Origin: Cyanophora paradoxa CCMP329
Taxonomy: Eukaryota; Plantae; Glaucophyta
NCBI GenBank assembly: GCA_004431415.1
Contig: QPMI01000548.1
Location: forward strand, 1-39,905
DNA length: 39,905 bases
Reading direction: 5' to 3'
Position 1 is the stretch's first letter. Each line of letters begins with the position of its first letter. A model generated the notes under the pieces. The model did not search any database, had not been told where the DNA came from, and saw only the letters and a program-made list of their open reading frames with translations. This document shows positions 18,806 to 31,042 of the stretch, piece after piece. A program made the position numbers and the translations under genes.

Positions 18806-20834
18806 ATGCCTCCGAAGCGCCGAGGCCGCAAGAAGAAGCCAGAGAGCTCGAGCGAGTCAGAGGAAGAGGAGCCCACGTCCCCGTCCTCCGAGTCGGAGGA
18901 AGAAGAGGAGGAAGAGGAAGAGGAGCCGGAGCCTAAGCCGAAGGGCAAGGGCAAGGGGAAGGGAAAGGGAAAGGCAAAGGGAAACGCGCCCGATACCGGC
19001 GTGGACGAGCTCGAGACGCCCGTCGTTGAGATTCCGAAGCGATACGTGCTGGTTCAGGGCGAGGACGGCATATTCCAGCAGCAGAAGAGCATATCCGATT
19101 ACATCAAGCTCTCGGCCACCAAAGAAGTTCAGATGCTCCCATCGCTGCTCGATAAATCATACCACGAGCCCGCGACCCTCTGGAGCATCCACAGCGAAAT
19201 CGAGTACGATAAACTCCCCGAGGAGCGACTGCGCGCCATACCGCGCACGTACCAGAGCGCGCAGAAATCGCCGCCAATCTGCTACCGCTGCCTTCGCCTC
19301 ATGTACGAAGCCACGCCCGTGCCGAGCGCCAAGGGGCCAACACGCCAGAGAAAATCGCCGCGAGGGAGGCAGCGCAGGCGAGGAAGGATGCCGTGTACGA
19401 AGAGTACGTCGCGGTCATAGAGAAGGCAAACGCGTGGGCGGCCAAGCAAAACGGCAAGGGAAAGAAAAAGGGCCAGGAGCCGTACCCCCTCATCAAGGAC
19501 AAGAAGCCGGCGCAGGTGCCCACGGTGTCGCCCAGAAACTCGTGGCTCTGCCAGAAGTGCGTCACGCTGCTCGGCAACAAGGGCCTGCTCGTGATCTTGG
19601 GCCTGCAGAGGCGAAAGAGGGGCGACACGGCCACCGTCTCCAAGCAGACGCGCGACCACATGGTCGAGAGCGTGCTCGGCGGGCCGAAGCCAAAGACCAC
19701 GAAAAAGGCAAAGGATACGGCCGCTGACTTCGGATCGTCCGTCATCGAGCCCAACTCTGCGCAGTCGAAAATCAGAAAGGCGAAAATCGTGGCGCCGAGC
19801 ATGGAAGATTTAATGGCAACCTTCGCGGACGCGCAAGAGGTAAAGCAGAACATAGAGAAGGCGAAAACGGGACTGCAGGCGGCGCAGGCAAACGGGCTGG
19901 AGGCGCTCGAGAAGGTGATCACGGAAATCAGCGAGACGGGGCGGTCGGTCTTCATCCTCAACAAAAAGAATCCCGACGGAAGCACGCGGTACGACATACG
20001 ACAGGCGCGCCAGTCGCGCTACTGGGTGCTCTTCAACACCCACAAGCGCCTGGGAGAGGCGCGAGAATTCGAGGCGGCGGCGCTGCGCGACAGCCTCGCA
20101 GAGGTGCTCTCGGATGCAGAATTCTACAAGTTCATACGCTTCAATATGAAGGAAGAGAACGGCAAGTACAAGGACGACACGTACGCCAACGCAATCATCG
20201 GAATTCGCGTGCAAGGGGCGTGGAGGTGGGGCCGACGGACGGCGCGCTGCACGCCCACGTGCTGGTGACGATCGATCACATATCGAATTTGCAGGTGCTG
20301 TGGGCGAATTACGACTGGGTGGTGCTGCTGAAGGAGAAGGAGCCGAGCACCACGACGGTGTACGAGCGGCTGCACCAAATTCTGTCCGCGAAATTCACGG
20401 CGGCGGGGCAGCGCCTCGTAGACCAGAAGAGGGCAGAGGCAGGGCCTCAACCGAGCATCGATACGATGGTGGAAATCGCAGAGCTCGAGCGCATGCTGAC
20501 GGAAGAGAAGATAGGCATGGGGAAAGATCCGCCCACCGTCCTTGCGTCGCTGATCCCAGAGGAAAATTACGCGAGCAAGCTGCAGGAGTACCTCTCAAAG
20601 ACGCTGCCCGACAAGCAGAGGCGCGATTTACTGAAAGAGTGGTCGCACGCGCGAAACACGAACAACACCGACAACAACACGGACGGGTACCTCTTCACGA
20701 TTTTCCAGGCGGACGCCGGCCAGGCGGACGATCCCCGCTTCGCGCCGCAGGCCGCGGAAATCGGCGACCTGAGGGCCAGGGGCCGAGGGCGCGGCAAAGG
20801 CAAGGGGCGCGGAAGGGGAAGGGGTAGCGGATAA
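18806..20834 (+). CDS. HUH endonuclease, long paralogue with charged, CxxC-containing N-terminal extension (two frameshifts)
   Basis: ORFs 18806, 19393 and 20220 join; SRYWVLFNTH, VEVGPTDGALHAHVLVTIDH, LQEYLSK; CYRC and CQKC upstream. Confidence 0.75.
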
Positions 20835-20856
20835 TAAATCTGACGGGCCCGCGAAA

Positions 20857-21228
20857 ATGTTCCAGGGGGAATGCACCCACTCGGACATCATCACCGTCGT
20901 CTGCGGCGCGCTCTTCCTGGTCTCGGAGCTGCTGGGCGGCACGGAGCGCGTCGGCCCCAACACAGTGCTGGGCGCCCTGAAGGCGGCGGCCCTTAGGGTC
21001 GTCCGCCGCGGACAGCCCGAGCCCGAACCCCCACCGGAGCAGCAGAGGCGCGAGAGCACGCAGAACATAGGGCCGCACCACGTCGACATTCAGATGACGC
21101 AAACCGGTACCCGTTTTTTTCTAGAGAACATGGGAAATGGAGACTCCCGCGACACCAGCCCCCAGCGCAGAGGCTCCAGCGCCCAGCAACTCCAGCAGCA
21201 GCACCGCGGCCTACCCTTGGCTTCTTAG
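20857..21228 (+). CDS. Small membrane protein; true end probably near 21120
   Basis: IITVVCGALFLVSELLGGTERVGPNTVLGAL. Confidence 0.5.
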   Translation: MFQGECTHSDIITVVCGALFLVSELLGGTERVGPNTVLGALKAAALRVVRRGQPEPEPPPEQQRRESTQNIGPHHVDIQMTQTGTRFFLENMGNGDSRDTSPQRRGSSAQQLQQQHRGLPLAS

Positions 21229-21487
21229 GACTTACGCGCGAAAGAAGCAGCAGCAGCCGAAGGCACCGGCGGAAATGGCGGCTGACCTGGATCGGTGCAC
21301 CCGCCGCGCCATCGCGAGCTACGCCAAGCGCGTCGAGCAGTACCACCCCCAGATGGCAGAGGACGCCCGGGCGTACGCGAAGAACCCCGCCGCGAGCCCG
21401 CCCGTGATGGCCGCCGTCATCGACCGGCTGCAGTGGGCGCTGCACGAGGAGGGAGAGCGCGTCAGGAATTTCTTCATGCCCAAGTAA
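21137..21487 (+). CDS. Hypothetical protein
   Basis: Intact 116 aa; TTTTTTTCTAG motif upstream. Confidence 0.55.
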   Translation: METPATPAPSAEAPAPSNSSSSTAAYPWLLRTYARKKQQQPKAPAEMAADLDRCTRRAIASYAKRVEQYHPQMAEDARAYAKNPAASPPVMAAVIDRLQWALHEEGERVRNFFMPK

Positions 21488-21509
21488 ATTTCTGAATGGG
21501 CCCTTAACA

Positions 21510-21698
21510 ATGTCGTCCATGCTCCCGAGCCTCGATGATATCACCAGCGATTCCCGCTACCTGGGCAGCCTGCTGACCCTCGGCGCGGTCGCCTACATGT
21601 CGCCCGCGCGCTACTACCTCGTGCGGATCCTCGCCGCGCAGTTCGCGGGCTACTACTTCGTGGGGCCCTACCTCCTCAACGGCCTGAGGAAGGCATAA
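21510..21698 (+). CDS. Small membrane protein
   Basis: 62 aa, two hydrophobic helices; AAATTTCT motif upstream. Confidence 0.55.
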   Translation: MSSMLPSLDDITSDSRYLGSLLTLGAVAYMSPARYYLVRILAAQFAGYYFVGPYLLNGLRKA

Positions 21699-21721
21699 TT
21701 TCTCAGGCCCCTTCCTAAATA

Positions 21722-22171
21722 ATGTCCTGCGTCAACCTCTACGTCCAGTCGAACGGAGAGACGCAGGATTCCGAGGGCTTCTGGCGCCTCAGGCTGAACC
21801 AGATCCCCGCCGACATCGACACGCTGCAGATCAAGGGCGTCTACCTGGAGCTGGACACGACCGCGATTCCGGACCCCACCGCCGCGAAAACCGTCAACGT
21901 TCTGCTGATGGACGTGCCCGACTTGAACGTCACGACCATCTCGAACGTCAACACGTGCATCAACAAGGTCGTGATCCCGACGTGGGGCCACGACGGCCTC
22001 GAGAACACCATCCTCTACTGGTTCGAGGTGCCCATGGCCGTGCGCCCGAACTACGTCGCGTACGACAAGTTCCAGGAGCTGCGCGTGCGCTTCACCGACA
22101 TCACGGGCGCCACCAAGAAGAACAACGCCTTCATCGTCAAGAACTTCGGCCTCTGGGCCTTTGCGAAATAG
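21722..22171 (+). CDS. Probable minor capsid (penton, single jelly-roll) protein
   Basis: 149 aa, beta-strand pattern; C-terminal FQELRVRFTDITG resembles PLV/NCLDV penton ends; precedes the fibre cluster. Confidence 0.45.
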   Translation: MSCVNLYVQSNGETQDSEGFWRLRLNQIPADIDTLQIKGVYLELDTTAIPDPTAAKTVNVLLMDVPDLNVTTISNVNTCINKVVIPTWGHDGLENTILYWFEVPMAVRPNYVAYDKFQELRVRFTDITGATKKNNAFIVKNFGLWAFAK

Positions 22172-22191
22172 ATTTTCGCATGCCCCCTTAA

Positions 22192-22667
22192 ATGCGCCTG
22201 ATCATATTTCCGCGAAAGGGCTCGGGCGTCAAGACGCGCACCTTTACGGGCGTGCCTGGCTACCCCTCGCCCCTCACTTACAGAGTCGATCTTGTAACCG
22301 CCTCTGGTCCAATTAAATACGGGCTGCTGCACAGCCTCAGTCACATCCGTCTCGGCGAGAGCGCATGGCAGGACTTGGCCTTAATCGTAGAATTCGAGTA
22401 CAGGGGGTAGACACGCTAACGGGCGAGCACGTTTACAGGGTACGGGTAGCAAGGGAGGGGTACTCGCTGCCGAACGGCACGGGCGGGGAATACTGGGAGC
22501 CGAAAATACGCGACGCCTCCGAGGCCTACCGCTGGCTGCGTGACGAGCAGATCACTATCAGGCCCGATTACCCCTACGCCGACGTTTTCTGGCAGGTGCC
22601 CGTGGGCCGTTGGACAACGGGCGAGGTGAGCGGCAAGCTGAAGTGGACGTGGGACGCGGAGCATTAG
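22192..22667 (+). CDS. Hypothetical beta-rich protein (one frameshift in a G run)
   Basis: ORFs 22192..22410 and 22365..22667 join at EFEYR/GVDTL. Confidence 0.5.
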
Positions 22668-22692
22668 TTAATTTTTCTCTCTCGCGGATAAA

Positions 22693-25600
22693 ATGTCGAT
22701 GCTCGACGACCCCTGGCGCATGGCCATCCCGAATCCGGACGAGGTGCTGAACGGCGCCTTCGCGATAGACGGGAGCCTGAGCGTGAGGGGAATTTACGCG
22801 GACGAGATAAGGCTGCGCAAGGGCGCGACCTACAGCGATTTCCTGACGTCCGTCGGTACCTTGGACGATTACGGTGACCTCACCGCAATTATCAAGGGCT
22901 CTGGGGCGTCACGACCGAGACGGGCGTGGACTGGAACATTATTAAGAGGGCGGCCGACGTGAAAATCGCAAACTCCGTTACAGCGAAAGACGCCACCCTG
23001 AACCTCGTGAAACTGACTCTAAAGGGCGCAGAGGGGACGTGAGGCCCGGGTACAACGCACTCGAGCGCATCGCGGGCCCCTGCGCCACATCTACTGGAGC
23101 CGCCAGGCGCTGCCGAGCATGGAGCCCGAGCAGTACAGGCGCGACAGGGAGGAGTTTTTCGCGTGGTTCGACCACTTCAAGGTGAACATCCGCGCCCTGA
23201 GCGCCGACAGGACGGGCGAGACGCCGGAGACGACGGGCGGGGCCGCATCCCAACGGCACCCGACGTGCTCCCCGATCGCTCAGACTGGGCGAAGACGCAG
23301 AACTGGGCGCTGAAGGACCACTTCCACGACGAGAGGTACGCCCTCGTCAAGCACCCGCATGTGAAGGCCGACATCACGGACTGGGCGCACCGCCACCTGT
23401 ACGACGACATCATCGGCGGGCCCAAGGTGCCGGGCGCGATTCCGGGTGGGGTACGGGCGGCGGAAGCACGGGAGGTGGGGTACAGGCACCGGGGTGGGGG
23501 TACAGGCACCGGGGTGGGGTACAGGCACGGGGGCGGAGGGGCTCCAGTGGCACGCCCGTGGGAGGGGGCGGGGTAGCAGCGGCTCGGGTGGCGGCGGCTC
23601 GGGCGGAGAGAGCGGCGGAGGGGTACGCTCGTGCCGATCCTTGGTACAACAACGGGAATCTTCGGCGCGGCCCTGATTGCAGGCGGTGCAAAGTACTACA
23701 GGGATCGGAAGGCGTACGAAAGGGACATTGCAGAGCTGCAGAAAGATAACAAAACGATCGTTTACTCAGACGAGCAGGTGAGAATACTGGCAGAGGAGCT
23801 GAAGACAAGGGAGCGGCAATTTAACGAAATGAGGACAGCGGCCGAGAAAAAGATAGCGGACGATTTGAAAGAGGCGAGCGATAGAATTGAGAAATCCCTG
23901 GAGGCCGAGGAGAAAGCCGAGATCCGGAAGAGAGAGGCCGATAGGATCGTGGAAAACGCGATAAGGGAGGCAAAGGAGCAGGCAAGGACCGAGCTGGAGA
24001 AACTGGACATGGAAATAGCAAACAAGGTCAACATAGCAAACGAGGTCGAAGAGGGCACAAAGATGCTGGACGATGAGCGAAAGGCAGCGGAGGAGCAAGC
24101 CAGAAAAGCAAAGGAGGATTTAAGGCAGCTCGAACTGCGAGAACAGGAGAGGCAGAAGGCAGAGGGGCTCGCATCCACCATACGATTCAACCTAGAGCAG
24201 CAAGTGAAAACGCTGACGGCCGAGCTGCAGAGGATAGGGACGGCTGTGCCAAGGGGCACAATGGAGACGCAGACGACGCCAAGGCCCGATCCAAGGCCGG
24301 CCGCCGAGAGGCTGCCCTTCGCGCGGCTGGGTAGGAGCGACCAGGTGGAAGAGCTCATTGGCCTCACGCTCGAGGATCAGAGGGCCCTCTTCGACGCGTT
24401 AGAGCAGCGGCGCAGGGCGGACGAGGAGGCAGCTGCCAAGACAGAAGAGGAACGACTGAAGGCAATGCAAACTGCATCAGACGAGGAATTTGCACGGCTG
24501 GAGGAGCCGAAGGTAGCGGAGCGTAAGCGACGACTGGAGACGTTCAGGGGGCGCAGATGGATTTTTACCGCTCGGAGCTCAAAAGACTGAAAGAAGGAAA
24601 TGCATCGGGGACAGGCTCCGCGCCATGGAAGAGAACATGCGCGACTTTAGCTACGTTATGGATCAGCTGACGGGAAGGGGTCAGAAAGACGCCGAAGAAC
24701 TGAGGAGAAAGATGGCCGATGAGAAGTGGAAAAACTTTGAGCGTCAGGCTGTTCAGAGGCCCATCAGCGATGCCATCTGGATAGCATACGGCGACGTGGA
24801 GGAGATGCACAGAGAACTGCGGACGGAAGCGAGCCTGTGGCGGGGAGCCCTCGAATGGTCACTGTACCGGATACAAAAGGGGAGTTTTTGGCAGAGCTGC
24901 GAGCCAATCCGAAAACGGTGAGCGCGGGCGCACAGAGCGCGTACCTCTCCATGGTCGATTACGTGGGCAAGCTGAGCAAATTTTGGGAAATGCGAAGAGC
25001 CATCATTCCAGCGGAGGGGCTCGCGCAGTACGATGCCATGGTGCGCGATCTGGAGGCCTTCAAACGTGAGCACCCACCCGCCAAATACAAGATTCACATA
25101 GATACGACGGCATTCATGGGCGATCTAAGGAAGAGAGGAGACGAGGCCAAGAGTCAGATCGAGGAGCGCTACAGAAAGGCCCAAGCGGACAAGGAGTACG
25201 CAAACAGGGTGATCGAAGAGCGGAAGCAGCAAGCCAAGGAGAACGCGGCGAGACGCAACGCCGAGATAGAAGAGCAGAGGCGGAAGATCGCAGAGCGCAA
25301 GGCGGCAGAGGAAGAGGCAAGAAAGACCAAGGTAGAGACAGAGTACCAAGCATTGAAACGGGAGGCCAATCAACTGTTAAAAGGAGGGGAAGGGCCTACG
25401 CCGACGAGGGCGCGGGCGTGGCTCGGCCAGCCCGACGACATCACCCTCGCGGAAAGGGACGACGTTTCCGTAGAGGAAATGCGCCCGGGCACGGCTCGCC
25501 TGCCCTCCGAGGGCGTATTTCAGACGCTCGACAGGCGCGTGATGGGCGACTCGGACGTTATTCTGCGCAACGCCCTCATGCCCTACGGCGACTGGAACCG

Positions 25601-27774
25601 CGCCACCGCCGACGCCCTTGCCGATTTCGACCTCGAGCGATTCACCACCAAAGAGCAGCGCGACGCTTCCTGGGGCGCCCGAGGGCAGGCGGCCCGGGGT
25701 GGCCAAGGAGGCCTTCAGCGCAGAGACCCTCTTCTCCGCGGGGTACGGCGAACAACGACGGCATGTCTTTCGGGGCAGCCGATTTATTTCAGGGGGCGGG
25801 CATCGACTTGGTGGGCGCCGGGCTGGGGGTACGGGCTCGCGGGCCATGCGGCGGGCGGGCGCGGCGGCGGCGGCCTTGGGCTGGCGACGGCGGCGGCCTG
25901 CTCTCGGCCTACCAGGCGCTCTCGCAGGGCAAGATAGGGGAGGCCGAGTTCTTCGATACGTTCCGCGATCAGATGATCATGACGGTCGGCTCCTTTGGCC
26001 TTCAGACGGGCATGTCGTCCGCCCTGAGCGCCCTCACGAAAATGAGGATCGGCACGGTGGGCGGACTTGGCCTGTCCATCCTCGCGGGCGCCATCGCGCA
26101 GGTGATCGTGGATATCATCAACGGGCGCAGCGCGGAAGAAATCGTGAAGAACTTTTTCAAGTACCCCGTCGACTGGGCGACCGACACCATACAGTTCATC
26201 GCGGAGCTCTCGCAACAGATCTACGACTGGGGCGTCGAGACGTGGGGCGACGAGGCGAGCCAGCTGCGCAACCGAATTAATCGGCTGGAGGGCGAGCTGG
26301 GCTCCGGATTTTTGGGTGTGTACGACCCCTCGGAGGCGCGCGAAATGGCCTCGCTCTTGGCCCAGGAGCTGCGGTTAAACGAAATCAAGGAGCCGAAGGA
26401 GCTGCAGGCCTTCATTCGCGCGCTCGACAACAGCATCAACGATTACCGTACCCCCAAGGACCAGAAGACCCTGCTCGAAATCGATCGCGCGACCGTGCTC
26501 TTCCTCTCCCAGCTCACCGTTAAAATGCAGGAGGGCTTCGGGTCGACTTCGCTCGCCCTGAGTCGACTTATGCGCGACCTGAAGCAGATGATAAAGGAGG
26601 AGACCAAGGGCGGAAGCGCGTCTTAATTGCCGTCTACCAGGAGGGCCTCAACAGGATCAATCACATCGAAGCCCTAAGGCGCGAATTCGGCTCGGCCATC
26701 CGTCACTCGGGCGTCTCGTCGAACGGAGGGGCGCAGGTGGCCCGCCTGGCGGACGCCAACTCGCGCCTCGAGATTCCCGGGACCTTCCGCATGCAGGATT
26801 GGTGGGAGGCCGAGGCCTTCAGGAATTACGGGGCCTTCATAGACAACGGGATCAATTCGCAGAGCCCCAAGGCAAACTGGCTGGTACCCAAGGCCTACGT
26901 CGATAAATTGGTTGACAGGCCTGCAGCACCATACACCAAGAAGATCGCCAAAGGCATCGAGTACTGGGCGCCCGAGCCAGGCCAGCCCGTGTTTGCATCG
27001 CAGAACTACGAGTGGCACATGGCGCCGGGGGCGAGCCAGGCCGTGAGCACCGTGGGCGTTGCCGTGCCGCAGCTGGCGACGGTGGCACACACGGGGCGTA
27101 TGCAGATCTCAGCGGGAGGCCGACGATACCCGTGATACCAACAACGTGGGCGTGGGATAGCATCACGGGGAAGCCGAGTACGTATCCCCACGCAGACCAC
27201 CAGCACACCATCTCTCAGATCAGCGACTGGACGGCCCCGGACTTGACGAACATCTCCGTGGATTGGGACAACGTAACGGGCAAGCCACTTACCTTCCCCC
27301 CTCTACACACAGTCACAATGTGTACTGGGATAATGTCATCGACCGACCCACTTCCTTCCCACCCTCTACGCACAGTCACACAGAGTACTCGCTCACCAGC
27401 CACGGGCACAGAAACGTGAACATGGATGCGTACATAACGCACGGCACGTCCTTCCACTCCTACGCTGCGTACACGGAGTTTAACATCAATTCAACATACA
27501 CGGTGACGTTCAACATTACATTCGGACAGGCGTACGACACTGGAGGCGGACTGGGACCCCAGCAAACCCAACGCCGGTTATTAACGTAACCCCCTCGTTC
27601 GACATCAATCCCGGCGGCAGCACGGATGTCGATTTCTACGGGGCCAACGTCACGGCGGTGAGTCACACTGGCTTTACAGTTAAAGTGAGATTCCAACCCA
27701 GAATGACGGTCACGCCCACCCAAATTGTCCAGCTTTTTATTCATTGGACCGCGATCGGCAAGCTGCTTATGTAA
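22693..27774 (+). CDS. Giant (~1,700 aa) fibre / tape-measure-like protein; multiply frameshifted
   Basis: Successive frames give HxH tail-fibre repeats (KHPHVKADITDWAHRH; WDSITGKPSTYPHADHQH; WDNVTGKPLTFPPSTHSH), a Gly linker, long coiled coil, hydrophobic Gly/Ala helices and a C-terminal lectin-like beta domain ending FIHWTAIGKLLM*; no internal promoter motif noticed. Confidence 0.55.
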
Positions 27775-27798
27775 TCGATTTTCTGATGCAATCCAAAA

Positions 27799-28851
27799 AT
27801 GTCGGTCGCTGTCCCTCTATTTACCTATGCTGCCAGCGTGAATCACAAGGGCGATCACACGATTAAGGAGACCACCCTCGGAAACCAGGCCACCGAGGCC
27901 CCTACAACGCCACGGCCGTCCCCTTTCCGAGGCCGACCTCGTCCGCGTCGGCGAGCTGCGCTGCGACAAGATGCGCACGCGGAGGGCGGGTCGGCCGTGC
28001 CGGGGCGCGTGAGGACGCAGAGGCTCACCGTCACGAACGGGCCTGGGACGGGAGCGGGTACACCACGAATCAGGTGACCTTTAATGGGACTGTGAACGGG
28101 AGGGGAATGCGGCTCTGTATGTGCAAGGAGGCGGAGCAAACGTGGTGGGGGGCTTAGGGTGAGCGGGGCTTCAAACTTGGCGGGCATCGTTACATTGGAC
28201 GATAAGCTGCAAATTACCGGAACGTCACCGTACATAAATGGCGTGGTTCAGGCGTAGCTATAAAGTACAACGAAAACGATAGACTCCTCTGTGGGACTCT
28301 TGGCGTTGGTGTTACAGGTACTCTATTTACCTCGGCAATCGAAGGCCCTACTAATGGCCTAAGCATAGCAAACACTTCAATCGTTGATAGCGGAAGCGTC
28401 AGCTCTGGTCTATCCTTGAGAAACAACGGCACCGAACGACTGCTGTGCGGAACCGTCGGCGTTGGCATCACGGGTCGGCTCATCGTCTCGACGCTCACGG
28501 CGATGGAAACCGAGCCGTTTATTCGGATGCTCAAGGATACCTGACAAACTCGTCGAGCGATAGCCGCCTGAAAGAAAATGTCGCGAGCATGTCGGGCATT
28601 CTCCCTCTTCTGCTGCAGCTGAATCCCGTGTCGTTCACCTGGAAGAACACATCCTCGGGGGTTCGAAAACGGATTACGGTCTCATCGCACAGGAAGTCCA
28701 AGGCGTCTTCCCGAGTCTCGTTTTCGAGAACGCGGATGGATTTCTCGGGGTAAACTACGACAGGCTCATTTCCCTGTCGTTGAAGGCAATTCAGGAACTT
28801 TCACAAGAAGTTCAAACTCTCAAAGACCAGGTAGCGGCACTGGCGAGCTGA
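27799..28851 (+). CDS. Fibre protein with C-terminal peptidase S74 intramolecular chaperone (frameshifted)
   Basis: SSDSRLKENV...LNPVSFTWK / DYGLIAQEVQGVFPSLV...GVNYDRLISLSLKAIQEL followed by coiled coil. Confidence 0.8.
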
Positions 28852-28871
28852 TCTGGAACAACTAGGAATAA

Positions 28872-31003
28872 CTACACCGCGAGTATCACAATTCGACCGT
28901 TGCCACCGTCGCTGAAAGACGAGCCACCGTTGCCGCCCCTACCAATGCCTGCTGCGTAGTGAGCGTCTCCGCTATTTCCTGCCACCTGGCCGGACCCAGG
29001 ATACACCGTAGCATCCGTCAAGTTTCCTATGTAGCTCGAGCCACCGCCACCTCCAAACATTCTTGCTATTGGGTTCTCTGACACTCCGCTCCTGCTGGAC
29101 CCAGAGCCTCCACCGAAGTAACCACCACCACCACCACCACCGAACCTGTAGCCGCTTGAATCAGGCCCAGTCTCTCCACCTTGGCGCAAAGTTCCCGGGT
29201 TGCTGGCCTGGCCCCTGAGGCCACAACACCGGCTCCGCCAGCGGTTTGGGTGCCTCCTTGAGCCGGTATCTCTCCGGTTACTCCAACCAACCCAGCCGCA
29301 CCACCGGTCAACCCCCCGCCTACTCCCCGCCGCCATTCGAATCACATGTACCCCCACCTCCGGCCCCTGCAACAACCAAGTCGGTCCCTGCAACGCGCTG
29401 AATTGCAGAACGACCACCACCGGCGCCGTTTTTGTACTCCGGATCGACGCTATGGCTCCAGCCCCTTCCACCACCTCCGTAGACGGTAGCAGTGGCAGTC
29501 CCCGATACACCCTTTGGGCCGCCGCATCCAACAACAAGGATGAGCGTCTCCCCGAGGACACAGCCAATGTACCAACTACGCAAGCACCCGCGCCTCCACG
29601 GACCCCGTACCTGCGCGTTCTCCGCCTCCACCCCCGGCCGCCCATACGATGACACGCACAGCCACAGTCCCCGTTGGTACTACGAAAGTCTGGTCGGCCC
29701 GGTGTAGGAGAATGTACCCAAAACAGGAGCGTTTGCAGTTGTTGCACTGGCAGACGAGGACTGAGGGCCTTCCTCGCCGATCTGGTTGACGCCCTTGATG
29801 GTGTAAGTGTAAGTGGTTCCGTAAACGGTCGTTGTGTCCGAAAAGGGCTGCTCGTGTCGCTGGCAAGGAACACGCCACCCCTGTAGATGTTGTAGGAGAC
29901 GGTGACGCCCGTCACCGGCACCGACCACTCGAGCACAACAGGCTGTGCTGCCCCCGCCGCGGGGTTGCAGTGAGCCCAGTGGGCGCCCCCGGGTCCGTGG
30001 TGACGTACGCCGCAATACTCTTCGGCCCCTCCCCTCCCGTGTTCGTCGCGGAGATCTGGTACTCGTACCCTGTACCCCAGACGGTGGTCGTGTCGCTGTA
30101 GGAGTTGGTCGCGGAGTCTGTGAGGTAGGCCCCGTCTCTGTAAATCTTGTATCCCGTCGCTCCCGTGGACGCAGTCCAGCTGAGGCTGACAGGCTGCTGC
30201 TGGTCGTTGGGTGCTGATGCCGTCACGTTCGTGGGGCGTTTGGCATAGTCCAGACCAGGAGCGGATCGGACTTGTCGTATTCGACACCGCCCACGATGCC
30301 GGCCACCTGGTAAGAGTATTCCGTGCCCCACGTAAGAGCAGTGCTATCGTCAATGTACGAGGTAGACAGGGCACTGCTCGCAAATCCGATTGGCGTACCG
30401 TTCCTGTAAATTCGAATCGAGTCCGCGCCCTCCATGGCCACCCAGTTGATTGTGACGACTATGGCGGGTTTCGGGAAGCCCGAAGACGCGGGCCGCCCCG
30501 GCAATAAAATCGCCGTAGGTCTGGGCCGTGGCGGTCGTGAGCGTGGTGTAGGCTTCGATCTGCGGGCTGAAGCCGCCTATGCCTTGGAAGAGAATGTAAT
30601 TGCTCATGGCACCCTCGTGGGTGTAGAGAAGCGACTGTGCGTAGGTTGTGGGCGGGGCTTTGCCATCAGAGCCCGTGCTGCTGCTGCCCTGTTCGCGAAC
30701 CGCCGCCACGCGGTAGAGTCGCTGGGCCCCCAAACTAAAGGGAGAGTCCGTGTAGGTGACGGTTGGCGCATTCACCGTGGCCACGAGATCCCAGGGGCCG
30801 TTGATGCTGGTCGCCCTGTACACCTTGTACTTGACGGCGTTGGTGACCGCGACCCAGTTCAGCTGAAAGCCGTACGTACTGTTCCCGTTGTTGAGCACGG
30901 AGCCCGATCGCACCTGGGGCCTGCCCACAGTCAGCGAGATCGGCTCCACGCCATACTGCGGAGCCTGCACCACCTGCTTTTTCACGAATACGAAGCGGGG
31001 CAT
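28872..31003 (-). CDS. Fibronectin type III repeat protein with C-terminal glycine-rich domain (frameshifted)
   Basis: About four FN3 units (LSWTASTGATGYKIYRDG...YSDTT...YEYQISATNTGGEG), then AAGGGG...GGGGGGYFGGGSG...GGGGSSYIG...GGNGRIVI. Confidence 0.75.
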
Positions 31004-31042
31004 TTTCCTCTACGATCCGAAAAAATATCTGCCCCGGGGTAA

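Noticed and set aside
17942-20834. Independent Helitron or CRESS-virus insertion
   Set aside because: No fused PIF1 or SF3 helicase or element ends; both genes use the viral promoter motif and codon style
18806-27774. Programmed ribosomal frameshifting
   Set aside because: Frameshifts are scattered over most genes without consistent slippery sites; sequencing error is simpler
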